A stretch of DNA of 64,000 nt from Candidatus Calescibacterium sp. (GTDB taxonomy: Bacteria; Calescibacteriota; Calescibacteriia; Calescibacteriales; Calescibacteriaceae), in NCBI GenBank assembly GCA_032249135.1, contig JAVVGL010000009.1, forward strand, positions 80-64,079. The letters are read 5' to 3'. The notes below the pieces were generated by a model. The model was not told where the DNA came from. It was given only the letters and a program-made list of their open reading frames with translations, and made no database searches. A program made the translations under genes and the position numbers. This document shows, in pieces, positions 49,597 through 60,009 of this stretch (position 1 is the first letter of the stretch; the number at the start of each line of letters is the position of its first letter).

Positions 49597-51018
49597 TTAT
49601 GTAAGTTTTTTCATCCACTTTCCAGATTTTACTCTCAAAAGTAGAATAAAAAATAGGAGAGCGAAGTATATTGATATTATGAGCCATAGAACAACTGATT
49701 TGCTTTTGAGTACAGTTCCGAATAGAAAAAGTGAAGGTATGAAAAAGAGAAAGTGAAGAATTGATTCAACTTTGACAACAAATTTGGTATCTCCTACTCC
49801 TATTAGCGTGTTTATTATTAAGATCCCGAGAGTTATGAATATTATTGAAGGAGAGAAAGTAAGTATTGTCTTTTTCCCTTCTTCTATTACTTCTTTCTGA
49901 TTTGAAAAAATTCTCATAGATGTTTCAGGGAATATAATCATCAGAAAAGATAAGGCAAAAGATGCTGTTCCTATTACTATTATCATATCTTGAAGAATTT
50001 TTTTTGCTCTTTTCATTTCGTTCTGCCCCATAAGGCGTCCAACCATTCCGGCAAGAGAAACACCAATAGCCATAGCTGGCAGCATTATCACTCCAATTAT
50101 ATTCACTAAAATAAAAGAAACAGCTTGATGTTCTACTCCAGGTAATCCTGAAAACCAAATGAAAAGAAGAAAGCTCACAGAAGCTATAAACTGTGCAAAA
50201 AAAGCAGGTATTGATATTTTCAAATTCTTTAAAGCAAATTTCAGCATGTCTTCTCTGTATTTTATATCAGAGATGTCTTGTGGAGAAAAATACTCCTTTA
50301 TGTAAGGTCTTATGAGAAAAGCTCCATGAACTGCTGCTACAAAAGATGATATGGTAGAAGCCAGAGCAAACCCATAAAGTTCCATTCTTGGGAAAAAAAT
50401 TCCAAAAATAAAAAAATAAGACAAAGTTATGCACACCAAGGTTGAGTATGCATTGAATTTCAGATGTTCCTCTGGCTTTCCGATTGCATCAAACAGACCT
50501 CTCATAACAAAAGTTATGGCTGTTGCAGGCAATCCTAATATCCTTATGAACAGGAATTTTTTCCCGTAATCTGCAACTTTTTGAGATGGTGCTATAATTT
50601 TCATAAACCACTCTCCAAATATAAAAACTAATATACACATAAGGGAGCTCAAAGCAAAAGATGTCAGGAGGGCTGATTTGAAAGAAATGAAAGCCTCTCT
50701 TCTTTTACCTTTTCCCCAAAGTTGCGAGATGAGAGATTGTGAAGATGACCCAAATGCATTCATAGGGGCAGAAAATGTGAGCATAGTTATAAGAGCTATA
50801 CCCATAGCTGATATTTGTTCTGCTGCTTTGTCTCCTATATGTCCGACCATCATAGTTCCAAAAAAGTTATGAATGTTAGATAAAGCTAATGATGCAGCTG
50901 CTACCGCTGATAGCTTCAAAGTAAAAATTACATCCTGATTCCTGAAAGCGGATTTTATCCTATTTATGATTCTTAACGCTCTTATTTTTATCCACATTTT
51001 TGTCTCATTATTTTTCAT
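49597..51018 (-). CDS. MATE family efflux transporter
   Basis: 12-TM layout and MATE-like repeats (…QLWGKGKRREA…, …RLMGQNEMKRA…). Confidence 0.82.
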   Translation of the reverse strand: MKNNETKMWIKIRALRIINRIKSAFRNQDVIFTLKLSAVAAASLALSNIHNFFGTMMVGHIGDKAAEQISAMGIALITMLTFSAPMNAFGSSSQSLISQLWGKGKRREAFISFKSALLTSFALSSLMCILVFIFGEWFMKIIAPSQKVADYGKKFLFIRILGLPATAITFVMRGLFDAIGKPEEHLKFNAYSTLVCITLSYFFIFGIFFPRMELYGFALASTISSFVAAVHGAFLIRPYIKEYFSPQDISDIKYREDMLKFALKNLKISIPAFFAQFIASVSFLLFIWFSGLPGVEHQAVSFILVNIIGVIMLPAMAIGVSLAGMVGRLMGQNEMKRAKKILQDMIIVIGTASFALSFLMIIFPETSMRIFSNQKEVIEEGKKTILTFSPSIIFITLGILIINTLIGVGDTKFVVKVESILHFLFFIPSLFLFGTVLKSKSVVLWLIISIYFALLFFILLLRVKSGKWMKKLT

Positions 51019-51165
51019 CTTCTTTTTGTTGATTTCTCAAAATTTGGTTTTGCCCATATTTAAAATAAAGGCTTCGTTTTCTTTTGAGTCCTTTTTCTGT
51101 AAAATCATCTTCTCAGTTCTGAAAAGATTAGGTTATAATGATTTTTTGAGAAAAAGAGAAAAAAT

Positions 51166-51471
51166 ATGAGGTTATCAGAAAATGAGATTCAAGATATTTT
51201 GAGCAAAGAGATACCAAAGTGGAAATATGATGGAAAATATATAACAAGAGATATTGAGACAAAAAATTTCAAAGAAACCATGATGGTGATAAATCTTATA
51301 GCTGGGATATCGGAAGCACATTTTCATCATCCGGATATTGAATTTGGATACAAAAGAATAAAGGTAAAACTTATGACGCACTCAGAGAATGCAATAACTC
51401 ACAAAGATATTGAGCTCGCAAAAGATATAGAAAGATTTTTGAGAATGTTTGAGGGAGGAGGAGGAAAATAG
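51166..51471 (+). CDS. 4a-hydroxytetrahydrobiopterin dehydratase
   Basis: EAHFHHPDIEFGYKRIKVKLMTHS motif. Confidence 0.85.
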   Translation: MRLSENEIQDILSKEIPKWKYDGKYITRDIETKNFKETMMVINLIAGISEAHFHHPDIEFGYKRIKVKLMTHSENAITHKDIELAKDIERFLRMFEGGGGK

Positions 51472-51477
51472 TAAAGT

Positions 51478-52314
51478 ATGTCTTCAAGATTTCTTATTGG
51501 AACCGCTGGAATCCCTCATTCAACACAACCTTACGATGGAGAAGATCTAACTTCTGCCGGGATAAGAAAAATAAGAGAGTTAGGATTAGATTCTATGGAG
51601 ATTGAGTTCGTAAGGGGAATTTATCTTAAAAATGATGAACAGGAAAATTCTGTTAAAGCATATGCGGAAAAATTTGGAGTTATATTAACGGCTCATGCTC
51701 CATATTATATAAATCTTGGAAATCCTGAAAAATTAGTAAGTTCTGAACAGATGATTTTGAAGACATTGAATGTGGCATCAAAAGTTGGTATAAAATCAAT
51801 TGCTTTCCATCCTGCATATTACAAGGGGGAAGATCCGGAGGTGATTTTCCAGAGAGTGAAAAAATCTTTGTCAAAAATAATTTTCATTGCAAGAAAAAGA
51901 GGATATAATGTTGAGATCCGACCTGAAACTGCGGGTAAAACTTATCAGTTTGGTTCCCTTGACGAAATAATAAGACTTGTCAAAGAGGTTAAGGGACTAA
52001 AACCTTGCATTGACTTTGCTCACATTTACTCCCGCTCACGGGGTGAAATAAACGGATATGATGGATTTATGAAAGTTCTTGAGAAGATACATAGCGAGCT
52101 CGGAGATTGGGCTTTAAAAGATATGCACTGTCATGTAGAAGGTATTGAATTTGATGAAAATGGTGAAAAAAGACATCTTAACTTTTCTGAGTCAGGATTT
52201 GATGTGAAAGGGCTCGCGAAAGCTCTAAAAGAAAGTGGAGCGAGTGGAATTATAATATGTGAGAGCCCATCTCTTGAACACGATGCTTTATATCTTAAAG
52301 AAATTCTTTCATAA
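51478..52314 (+). CDS. nfo: Endonuclease IV-like TIM-barrel protein
   Basis: LTAHAPYYINLGNP, IAFHPAYY, RPETAGK, CIDFAHIY, IICESP. Confidence 0.68.
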   Translation: MSSRFLIGTAGIPHSTQPYDGEDLTSAGIRKIRELGLDSMEIEFVRGIYLKNDEQENSVKAYAEKFGVILTAHAPYYINLGNPEKLVSSEQMILKTLNVASKVGIKSIAFHPAYYKGEDPEVIFQRVKKSLSKIIFIARKRGYNVEIRPETAGKTYQFGSLDEIIRLVKEVKGLKPCIDFAHIYSRSRGEINGYDGFMKVLEKIHSELGDWALKDMHCHVEGIEFDENGEKRHLNFSESGFDVKGLAKALKESGASGIIICESPSLEHDALYLKEILS

Positions 52315-52346
52315 AATTAGCTGAAAAAAACTTTAAGCTCCAAAAG

Positions 52347-53054
52347 ATGAGAACACTCGTTAAAATCTTTATTTTGAGAACTTACTTGTTTTCCTTTCTT
52401 ATATCTGCCGTTTTTGTTATAGTTATTTCGCAGATAGAGTTGCTTGATGCTGTTGAGAGAGGTTTGAAAAATCTTGACGAAGTTTTTATCTTGTCTTTGA
52501 TTTCATATTTCCCATATGTATTTTTTTTGTCTATACCGATTTCGGTTCTGAAATTTTCCGTTTCAAAGAGAAAAAAATTTTTTTATCTTATGAGTTTCGG
52601 TTTGAGACCCCAGAGATTATTCTTTTTTTGCGCATTAATTTTTTTCATTTCTTCTCTTTTATTTTCTCCATTATTTTATGTTTCTGGAAAAGCCAAAAAG
52701 AAACTTTCTGATAAAAAGTCAAAAAATCAAACGATATCAATATATATATCGCCACAAAAAGAACTCATATACGAAAAGAAGATGAAAGATGGTGAGCAAA
52801 GAATTTTTTTAATATCTCCCTCAGGTAAGTTTTCAAAATTAGAAAAATTACCTGAAAGAAAAAAATTTCTTGTTTCATCAAAAAGTATGGATTTTTATTT
52901 ACTTGAATCTCCACAAAAATTCTTTTTGTTCTCACTTATAATATCTTTCGGAGTATTTTTTAGCGGTGTTTTAGGAATGTTCTTTGGAGGAAAAGCTGTT
53001 TTTGTTCCAATCGTAGATATTTTCCTTTCCATATTTTTAACATCTATAGTGTGA
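52347..53054 (+). CDS. Hypothetical multi-pass membrane protein. The N-terminus resembles LptF/LptG-type permeases, but the protein is much shorter.
   Basis: About 5 hydrophobic helices. The N-terminal motif ILRTYLFSFLISAVFVIVISQIELLD is reminiscent of the YjgP/YjgQ family. Confidence 0.35.
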   Translation: MRTLVKIFILRTYLFSFLISAVFVIVISQIELLDAVERGLKNLDEVFILSLISYFPYVFFLSIPISVLKFSVSKRKKFFYLMSFGLRPQRLFFFCALIFFISSLLFSPLFYVSGKAKKKLSDKKSKNQTISIYISPQKELIYEKKMKDGEQRIFLISPSGKFSKLEKLPERKKFLVSSKSMDFYLLESPQKFFLFSLIISFGVFFSGVLGMFFGGKAVFVPIVDIFLSIFLTSIV

Positions 53055-53083
53055 AAATTGATTTGTGAGTATTGAGAGACAAG

Positions 53084-54244
53084 TTATTTTGATTTTTTTG
53101 AAATATATTCTGAGTATATTCCGAGGTCTTTATCTCCTCTTCCAGAGAGGTTGAGAACAACGATTTTTCCCTTTAGATCCTTTGCGTTTTTTATTATCCA
53201 TCCGATGGCATGTGCAGGTTCAAGGGCAGGAATTATTCCCTCTGTTTTTGAAAGAAATTCAAATCCCTCTATTGCTTCATCATCTCCAACTGCGTAATAT
53301 TTTACTCTTCCTGACTCTTTGAGATATGCATGCTCCGGACCAACTGCTGGATAGTCAAGTCCTGGTGCTATTGAGTGAGCTGGAATTATTTGTCCATCTT
53401 CGTCTTGTAGGACATAAGTTTTAGCTCCGTGAAAGACTCCTGGGATACCTTTTGTTAAGCTTGCCGCATGATTTTTCCCATCTCCTGCTGCTTCCACTCC
53501 GATAAGTTCAACTTTTTTGTCTTTGAGGAATGGTTTGAAAATTCCGATTGCGTTTGAACCTCCTCCAACGCATGCTACTATAAAATCGGGTAACCTTCCT
53601 TCTATTTTCTTTATTTCTTCTTTTACCTCCTGACCTATTATTGATTGGAAGAAAGCAACAATTTTTGGGAATGGATGAGGTCCAACAACCGAACCTAAAA
53701 CGTAATGAGTGTTTCTGACATTTGTTATCCAATCTCTTAAAGCTTCATTTATTGCATCTTTTAGAGTTTTTGTTCCAGATTTTACTGGTATAACTTCTGC
53801 ACCTAAAAGTTTCATTCTGAGGACATTTATTTTTTGCCTTTCTACATCTTTTTCTCCCATGTATATTGTGCATTTTAGCTGAAAGAGGGCGCAAGCGGTT
53901 GCAGTTGCTACCCCGTGCTGTCCAGCCCCTGTTTCAGCTATAACTCTATCTTTTTTCAAAATGAGTTTCACAAGAAGACATTGACCAATGGTGTTGTTTA
54001 TTTTGTGAGCTCCTGTATGCAATAAGTCTTCTCTTTTTATGTAAAGCTTTATACCAAGCTTGCGAGAGGAATTTTCAGCAAAAAAAAGTGGGGTAGGTCT
54101 TCCAGCATATCTTTGAAGATAATATTTCCATGTCAGGATAAATTTTTTACTTCTTATAGCTTTCTCAAATGCTTTATCTAACTCTTCAAGAGCAAAAAAT
54201 AAAGTCTCTGGAATAAATCTTCCTCCAAATTCTCCGTAATACAC
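53084..54244 (-). CDS. trpB: Tryptophan synthase beta chain
   Basis: [21 protein letters not shown] (PLP Lys), [11 protein letters not shown] start. No trpA is adjacent. Confidence 0.92.
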   Translation of the reverse strand: MYYGEFGGRFIPETLFFALEELDKAFEKAIRSKKFILTWKYYLQRYAGRPTPLFFAENSSRKLGIKLYIKREDLLHTGAHKINNTIGQCLLVKLILKKDRVIAETGAGQHGVATATACALFQLKCTIYMGEKDVERQKINVLRMKLLGAEVIPVKSGTKTLKDAINEALRDWITNVRNTHYVLGSVVGPHPFPKIVAFFQSIIGQEVKEEIKKIEGRLPDFIVACVGGGSNAIGIFKPFLKDKKVELIGVEAAGDGKNHAASLTKGIPGVFHGAKTYVLQDEDGQIIPAHSIAPGLDYPAVGPEHAYLKESGRVKYYAVGDDEAIEGFEFLSKTEGIIPALEPAHAIGWIIKNAKDLKGKIVVLNLSGRGDKDLGIYSEYISKKSK

Positions 54245-54294
54245 TGAAAATCAAATTACAACTTGCGCTACTATTTTTACAAAAAATCAAAAAA

Positions 54295-54681
54295 ATGATC
54301 GATCAAATCAGAATTTTATTTTTGATGGAGGAAGAAAAAAAGAAGATTTTTTTGAAAGAGGTTATAAAAGAATTTATTGGGAAGAGACTTTACGAAAGAG
54401 GTATGAAATGTGAAACTCCTGAAATTGCTCAGACGGAAAAAACAGAAATACAACCAGATTTGATAATAAAGAGTTCTGGGTTTGAAGTTGGTAAAGTTAT
54501 CATAGTTTTAGATGAGAAAGAACTTGATTTCAAATTACTGAAAAGTTTTGCAGATAAATCTAAAAGCCAAATTTATCTTGCAGTTGAGAAGGGGAAGGAA
54601 AAGAATTTGATGGCAGAACTTATGAATTTTGGTCTCGGTGGCAAAATAAAATTTATATTGTGGGAATTCAGAATATATTAA
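54295..54681 (+). CDS. Hypothetical 128-aa protein with a possible PD...DEK nuclease-like motif
   Basis: ORF containing QPDLIIKSSGFEVGKVIIVLDEKE. No family recognised. Confidence 0.35.
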   Translation: MIDQIRILFLMEEEKKKIFLKEVIKEFIGKRLYERGMKCETPEIAQTEKTEIQPDLIIKSSGFEVGKVIIVLDEKELDFKLLKSFADKSKSQIYLAVEKGKEKNLMAELMNFGLGGKIKFILWEFRIY

Positions 54682-54704
54682 ATTGTTGTCAGTAAAATAT
54701 TTTT

Positions 54705-55406
54705 TTGATGGTTGATATATATGAACTTTTTCCAGATTTGAAAATAAGTTTTAGCTGGTTTCTGAAATTTTTTCTTTTGCTTATTTCTGCAACAATAAGC
54801 GGGGGAATAATAGGACTTGAAAGGGAACTTCTTGCAAAACCTGCGGGGTTGAAAACTTTGGTCTTTGTCACAGTAGGCTCATCACTTTTTTCTTTTTTTT
54901 CTTTTGAACTTGGTAAAGTTGTGGGAGGGGATCCTTTGAGGATAGCATCAAACATAGCAACAGGGATAGGCTTTTTAGGGGCTGGGACAATAATAAGGAG
55001 GGGGGAATGGATTGAGGGGCTAACGACCGCTTCTTTGATATGGTTCTGTGGGGCATTAGGGATAATAGTAGGTAGCGGATATTTTCTGGTCGCAATATTT
55101 TGTTCAGCGGGAGGATTTGTATTTTTGAAATCACTTGAATTTTTTGAAGGAAAATTTTTGAGCGGAAGAAAATGCAAGGTAATGAGCGTGAGAGCTACTT
55201 TTCCTGAAGGAAAAAAAGATGAAATTTTGAATTTCTCAAAAAGTTTTTTCCCTGCATGTTCAAAAGTTCCTCATAAGATTTTTGTTCATCAGGATCAAGA
55301 TGGAAATTTGATTTTTGAGTTTGAGGGATGTGAAAGGCACACAAAAAATATAACTATATTAAGGTCGTCAATTTCTTCGGAAATCAGAAAAACTCCTTCA
55401 ACTTGA
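54705..55406 (+). CDS. MgtC/SapB family membrane protein
   Basis: GGIIGLERELLAKPAGLKTLVFVTVGSSLF and IATGIGFLGAGTI. Confidence 0.8.
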   Translation: MMVDIYELFPDLKISFSWFLKFFLLLISATISGGIIGLERELLAKPAGLKTLVFVTVGSSLFSFFSFELGKVVGGDPLRIASNIATGIGFLGAGTIIRRGEWIEGLTTASLIWFCGALGIIVGSGYFLVAIFCSAGGFVFLKSLEFFEGKFLSGRKCKVMSVRATFPEGKKDEILNFSKSFFPACSKVPHKIFVHQDQDGNLIFEFEGCERHTKNITILRSSISSEIRKTPST

Positions 55407-55693
55407 TATTTTTATTCCACAATAAACAAAGATTGTTCAAAAAATTGAAAATTTATTCTCAAATTGTTAATTTTAGTTCTGTTGTTTTTCAACATATGTT
55501 AAGAAATAATGAATTTATATTTATTTTTGAGGAAAAATGCAAAATGTAAAAAAAGAAAATAAAAATGTAAAGAAGGTAAAAAAATTGTAATGCGATAGAT
55601 GAAATAATAAAAGAAGATAAGAAAGAAAAAGAAATTAGGAAAGAAAATATAAAATAAAAAAGAAAATGAAAAAATAAAAGGGAGTGGCAAAAA

Positions 55694-57430
55694 ATGGAGT
55701 TTGTGAAGAAAGACATAGTAAGAGAAATTCTTGAGCGAGTAGATATACTTGAAGTCATTTCTGAATATGTCTCTCTGAAAAAGGTAGGTAAGGATTGGTA
55801 TGGTTTGTGTCCGTTTCATCCGGATACTAAACCTTCTATGCGCGTCAGAGAAGATAAGAAAGTTTTCAACTGCTTCGGATGCGGAACAGGTGGAAATGTA
55901 ATTACATTTATTGCAAAAATAAAGAATTTGTCTTTTCAAGAGGCTCTAAATTTTCTTGCTGAAAGATATTATCCGGATTTAGTAGTAGATATAAGCAAGG
56001 AGAGTTGGTCGGAAAAGAGGAAGATAATCCAGGCAAACGCTCATATGTTGTTTCTTTTCAGGAAGTTCTTCAAGAGCAAAGATGGAGAGGTTGCAAGGGA
56101 GTATCTTAAATCAAGAAAGATAAGAGAAGATATGTGGGATCATTTTGCGATAGGTTTTGCTCCCGCTGATCCTTTCATTATTCCTAACATGCTCGTGAAG
56201 GAAGGATTTGAGCCGGAAATTTTAACACTTACGGGGAATATAAGAAAAGTAGAAAACTCATTGGCTCTGATTTTCAGGAAAAAAATTATTTTTCCTATTA
56301 CAAATACAAAAGGAGAAGTCATAGCTTTTGGAGGGAGAGTGTTAGACGATACAGTTTCTCCGAAATACATAAACTCTGCTGAAAGTCCCGTTTTCAAAAA
56401 GAGAGAAAGTTTTTTTGGTCTCGTTCAAGCTCTTGATGAAATGAGACTTTACGGGAGATGTATAATAGCGGAAGGGTACTTTGATGTAATATCTTTACAT
56501 CAGGTTGGATTGAAATATTCAATAAGTTGTCTTGGAACAGCAATAACTCCTTCTCACATAAGTTTTCTGAAAAAATTGGCTACCGATATAATTTTTATGT
56601 TTGATGGTGATGATGCTGGGCGTAAGGCTTCACTCAAAAACCTTGAAATCTTCCTCAGAGCGGGAATAATTCCGAAGATCTGTGTATTGCCACAAGGTGA
56701 AGATCCTGATTCTTTTATATCAAAGGGTGGTGATGTTCAGGAACTTGAGGTAAAGGATGGGGTAATCTTTGCATCTGAACTTTTACTTCTACCTGCGTTG
56801 CAAAGTAAAGATACTGTTCAGCTCGCAAGAGCCATATCACGTATTCAGGAATTAATCTCCATTATCTTTTATGAATCACAAACTCAAGCTGAAATATACA
56901 TAAGACAAATATGTGAAAAGGTTGGTATATCTCCATCTGCATTTAGAGCAGATGTGAAAAAGCTTGCAAAGCCAGTTATTTCGAAAAAGAGAGAGCTAAA
57001 TATCCCAGAATATGAGCTTGAGATTTTAAGGTTTGCCTTGAATAAAGAGGAAGCGCTCAGATACATAAAGGACTATATGGATTATATAAGCTCTGTTGAG
57101 GTGAAATCTGCTCTAAAGACAATATTTGATGCAGGAGGTAATGTAGAACTTGCTTTATCTCTTGCAGGTGAGGAGGAAAGGAGATTAATGTTGGAACTTA
57201 TAATTGAGCATAAAGATTATCCGGATATTGGTTGGGAGGAACTACTTGAAAGCACTTTGAGAAGAGTTGCAATAGAAAGTATAAGGCGTGAGCTTGCTCA
57301 GCTTGCAAAAGAAGCTCCACATGACCCTATCAAAAAGCAAAGATACAACTTGCTCTTGCGTAAGCTATCAATACTTGAAGGTGTAAAACCAAGGGGAGAA
57401 AAAATAAATAGGAGAAAAGAAAAAAGATAA
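55694..57430 (+). CDS. dnaG: DNA primase
   Basis: Zinc finger CPFHPDTKPSMRV...FNCFGCGTGG. TOPRIM motifs (IAEGYFDV, MFDGDDAG). Confidence 0.92.
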   Translation: MEFVKKDIVREILERVDILEVISEYVSLKKVGKDWYGLCPFHPDTKPSMRVREDKKVFNCFGCGTGGNVITFIAKIKNLSFQEALNFLAERYYPDLVVDISKESWSEKRKIIQANAHMLFLFRKFFKSKDGEVAREYLKSRKIREDMWDHFAIGFAPADPFIIPNMLVKEGFEPEILTLTGNIRKVENSLALIFRKKIIFPITNTKGEVIAFGGRVLDDTVSPKYINSAESPVFKKRESFFGLVQALDEMRLYGRCIIAEGYFDVISLHQVGLKYSISCLGTAITPSHISFLKKLATDIIFMFDGDDAGRKASLKNLEIFLRAGIIPKICVLPQGEDPDSFISKGGDVQELEVKDGVIFASELLLLPALQSKDTVQLARAISRIQELISIIFYESQTQAEIYIRQICEKVGISPSAFRADVKKLAKPVISKKRELNIPEYELEILRFALNKEEALRYIKDYMDYISSVEVKSALKTIFDAGGNVELALSLAGEEERRLMLELIIEHKDYPDIGWEELLESTLRRVAIESIRRELAQLAKEAPHDPIKKQRYNLLLRKLSILEGVKPRGEKINRRKEKR

Positions 57431-57489
57431 AAAGGAGAAAAAAAGAAAAGAGCAAAAAGGAACAAAGAAAAATAAAGGAGGTTTTAATC

Positions 57490-58875
57490 ATGCAGAAGAG
57501 AATAAGGAAGTCTCATTTTAAAGATAGGGATTACATTACAAAATATTTTTCACAGCTTAGCTCGTCAAAGCTTTTGTCTCCAAAAGAAGAAAGGGAGTTA
57601 TTTCGTAGAAATGAAGAATATATTATATCTATTTTTTGTGAACTTATGTCATTACCGGAGGCGTGGAGAGAGCTTGAAAGGATACTATCAGAGATGATTG
57701 AAACTGCGGTTTTCCCGTCAGAATTTTTTGATATAACGAAATCCGACTGGGGAGATATAGATAAAAAATCTAACAGAAGGAAAAGAGAGGAGATTGCTGC
57801 AAAGATAAAAACATCTATTGCAAAAATGGTCAATTACTACAAAATAGCAAAGTTTTTCTCCGAGGTCGGAAATACAAAAAAGGTTCAGAAGCAATTTGAA
57901 AAAATATCCGAACTTATGAAAGAGATAGAAGTTACCCTTGAGTTTATCCACCATATAAAATCTCACATAATCAACTGGTTTGAAGGGAAAACAAAATCAA
58001 ATCCGGCTCTGGTTTTGAAAGATGAAGAGTTAAAAAGAGCAAAGGAGGTTTTATCTCGTGTTGAGGAAATATCAAGAAAGATGAAGGTTGACACAAACAA
58101 AATATATTTATCAAATCTCAGATTAGCGGTCACGGTTGCAAAAAAGTATTATTTACCAAATGTTGAATTTTTAGATTTTATTCAGGAGGGGAATATAGCC
58201 CTTGCTCGGGCAATAGAAAAATTCAATTGGAGAAAAGGAACTAAATTTTCAACTTATGCGGTTCCCTGGATAAGACAAGCTATCTTGAAGGTCGTAAATG
58301 ACACAATCCATCCTGTCAGAATGCCGGGGCACATAGTTGAAATGTATAACAAGGTTTCCAGATTTTTAAGAAAGTTCTTTCAAGAAAATGGAAGGGATCC
58401 GACTCCATATGAGGTATCTGAGCATCTCAAATTACCAGTTGACAAGGTCGAGGTTGTTATGAGGCTACTAAAGGAACCAATTCCTTTTGATGGAAAAAGA
58501 CCGGATGAAGATGAAAACTCAAAACCTCAAGACATAGTTCCCGATGACTTAATAAGCTCTACCGATGAGGTCCTTGATAACCTTGAAAAGAAAGATTTAT
58601 GTTTTATTATAAGAAACATATTGATGAGTGTTCTATCATCTAAGGAGAGGAAGGTGATAGAATTTAGAGGAGGACTTTCAAATGGGAAGGAAGCAACATT
58701 GGACGAAGTAAGCTTGCAGCTTAATATGACAAAAGAGAGGGTAAGACAAATAGAACAAAGAGCAAAACAAAAGCTAAAAAAAGCTCTGAAAAAAATAAAA
58801 CCTATAATAGAGGGGCAAGTCTTAATAAAAAATACTCAAGCCTTAATTAAGACTTCCGAATCAAAAAATAAGTAA
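57490..58875 (+). CDS. rpoD: RNA polymerase sigma-70 family primary-type sigma factor
   Basis: Region 2 (FLDFIQEGNIALARAIEKFNWRKGTKFSTYAVPWIRQAI) and region 4 (ATLDEVSLQLNMTKERVRQIEQRA). Sits directly after dnaG, as in the classical dnaG-rpoD arrangement. Confidence 0.88.
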   Translation: MQKRIRKSHFKDRDYITKYFSQLSSSKLLSPKEERELFRRNEEYIISIFCELMSLPEAWRELERILSEMIETAVFPSEFFDITKSDWGDIDKKSNRRKREEIAAKIKTSIAKMVNYYKIAKFFSEVGNTKKVQKQFEKISELMKEIEVTLEFIHHIKSHIINWFEGKTKSNPALVLKDEELKRAKEVLSRVEEISRKMKVDTNKIYLSNLRLAVTVAKKYYLPNVEFLDFIQEGNIALARAIEKFNWRKGTKFSTYAVPWIRQAILKVVNDTIHPVRMPGHIVEMYNKVSRFLRKFFQENGRDPTPYEVSEHLKLPVDKVEVVMRLLKEPIPFDGKRPDEDENSKPQDIVPDDLISSTDEVLDNLEKKDLCFIIRNILMSVLSSKERKVIEFRGGLSNGKEATLDEVSLQLNMTKERVRQIEQRAKQKLKKALKKIKPIIEGQVLIKNTQALIKTSESKNK

Positions 58876-58967
58876 GATCAAAAAATAAGTAGGAGATTTT
58901 TTCATTTTATATCTCAACAATTTCTTAAAAAATGAACACATAAAAGTTTGCTTCTTAAATTTCAAGT

Positions 58968-59981
58968 ATGTATTCGGTTGCAGTAGTGGGAGCGACGGGA
59001 GTTGTCGGAAGGGAAATGGTAAAGATTCTTGAAGAAAGAAAGTTCCCTGTAAAGGAACTTTTTCTTTTTGCTTCGGAAAGATCAGAGGGGGAGGAGATAG
59101 AATTTAATGGAGAAAAAGTGAAGGTTTTAGCTTTAAAAGAAGGTAATATCCCGAAAGTAGATATAGCTCTTTTCTCTGCAGGCTCAGCTGTGAGCGGAAT
59201 CTTTGCTCCCCTTTTTGCTGCAAATGGATCGGTGGTGATAGATAATTCATCAAGATGGAGAATGGATGATGATGTCCCTCTTATAGTTCCAGAAGTAAAT
59301 CCTCACAGAATAAAAGATATAAAGAAGGGAATAATTGCAAATCCAAACTGTTCAACTATACAGCTTGTTGTAGCGATAAAACCGATTCACGACAGGTTTG
59401 GAGTAAAAAGTGTGAGGGTTGCGACATATCAATCCGTCTCAGGAGCAGGTAAGAAAGCGATGGATGAGCTAACAAAAGCATCTATTTCTTTTTTTGAGAT
59501 GGGTGGAGAAGACGAATTTGTTCCCGGAGTTTTTCCGAAGAACATAGCTTTTAATCTCATTCCGCGTATTGGGAAAGTTTTTGATGACGGATTTACTGAG
59601 GAGGAGATGAAGATGGTCAAAGAAACAAAAAAGATAATGGAGGCAGATATAAAAGTCAGTGCAACTTGTGTCAGAGTTCCAGTATATGTTTCTCACTCTG
59701 AGGCAGCTTTTTTGGAACTTGAAAAACCTTTTGAAATCTCAGAAGTTGAAGAAATTTTAAGAAGAGCGAAAGGAATATGTGTTATGAACAACACAAAAGA
59801 AGATATTTACCCAACTCCTGCTGAAGTAAGCGGGAAAGACGAGGTTTTTGTTGGGAGAATAAGAAAAACTGAAACGGGTGACCTTGCTATGTGGATAGTT
59901 GCAGATAATCTCAGAAAGGGTGCGGCTCTTAACGCAGTGCAGATAGCAGAACTTCTTATACAACAGCAAAATCTTCAGTGA
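58968..59981 (+). CDS. asd: Aspartate-semialdehyde dehydrogenase
   Basis: VAVVGATGVVG, IANPNCSTIQ (active-site Cys), SVSGAG, VRVPV...SHS. Confidence 0.92.
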   Translation: MYSVAVVGATGVVGREMVKILEERKFPVKELFLFASERSEGEEIEFNGEKVKVLALKEGNIPKVDIALFSAGSAVSGIFAPLFAANGSVVIDNSSRWRMDDDVPLIVPEVNPHRIKDIKKGIIANPNCSTIQLVVAIKPIHDRFGVKSVRVATYQSVSGAGKKAMDELTKASISFFEMGGEDEFVPGVFPKNIAFNLIPRIGKVFDDGFTEEEMKMVKETKKIMEADIKVSATCVRVPVYVSHSEAAFLELEKPFEISEVEEILRRAKGICVMNNTKEDIYPTPAEVSGKDEVFVGRIRKTETGDLAMWIVADNLRKGAALNAVQIAELLIQQQNLQ

Positions 59982-60009
59982 CTTGATTATGGCTAGTATA
60001 ACTTATTCA

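Noticed and set aside
50988-50996. Perfect DnaA box TTATCCACA
   Set aside because: It is a single occurrence inside the MATE transporter coding region. There is no cluster of boxes, no AT-rich unwinding element context and no dnaA or dnaN nearby. About one such hit is expected by chance.
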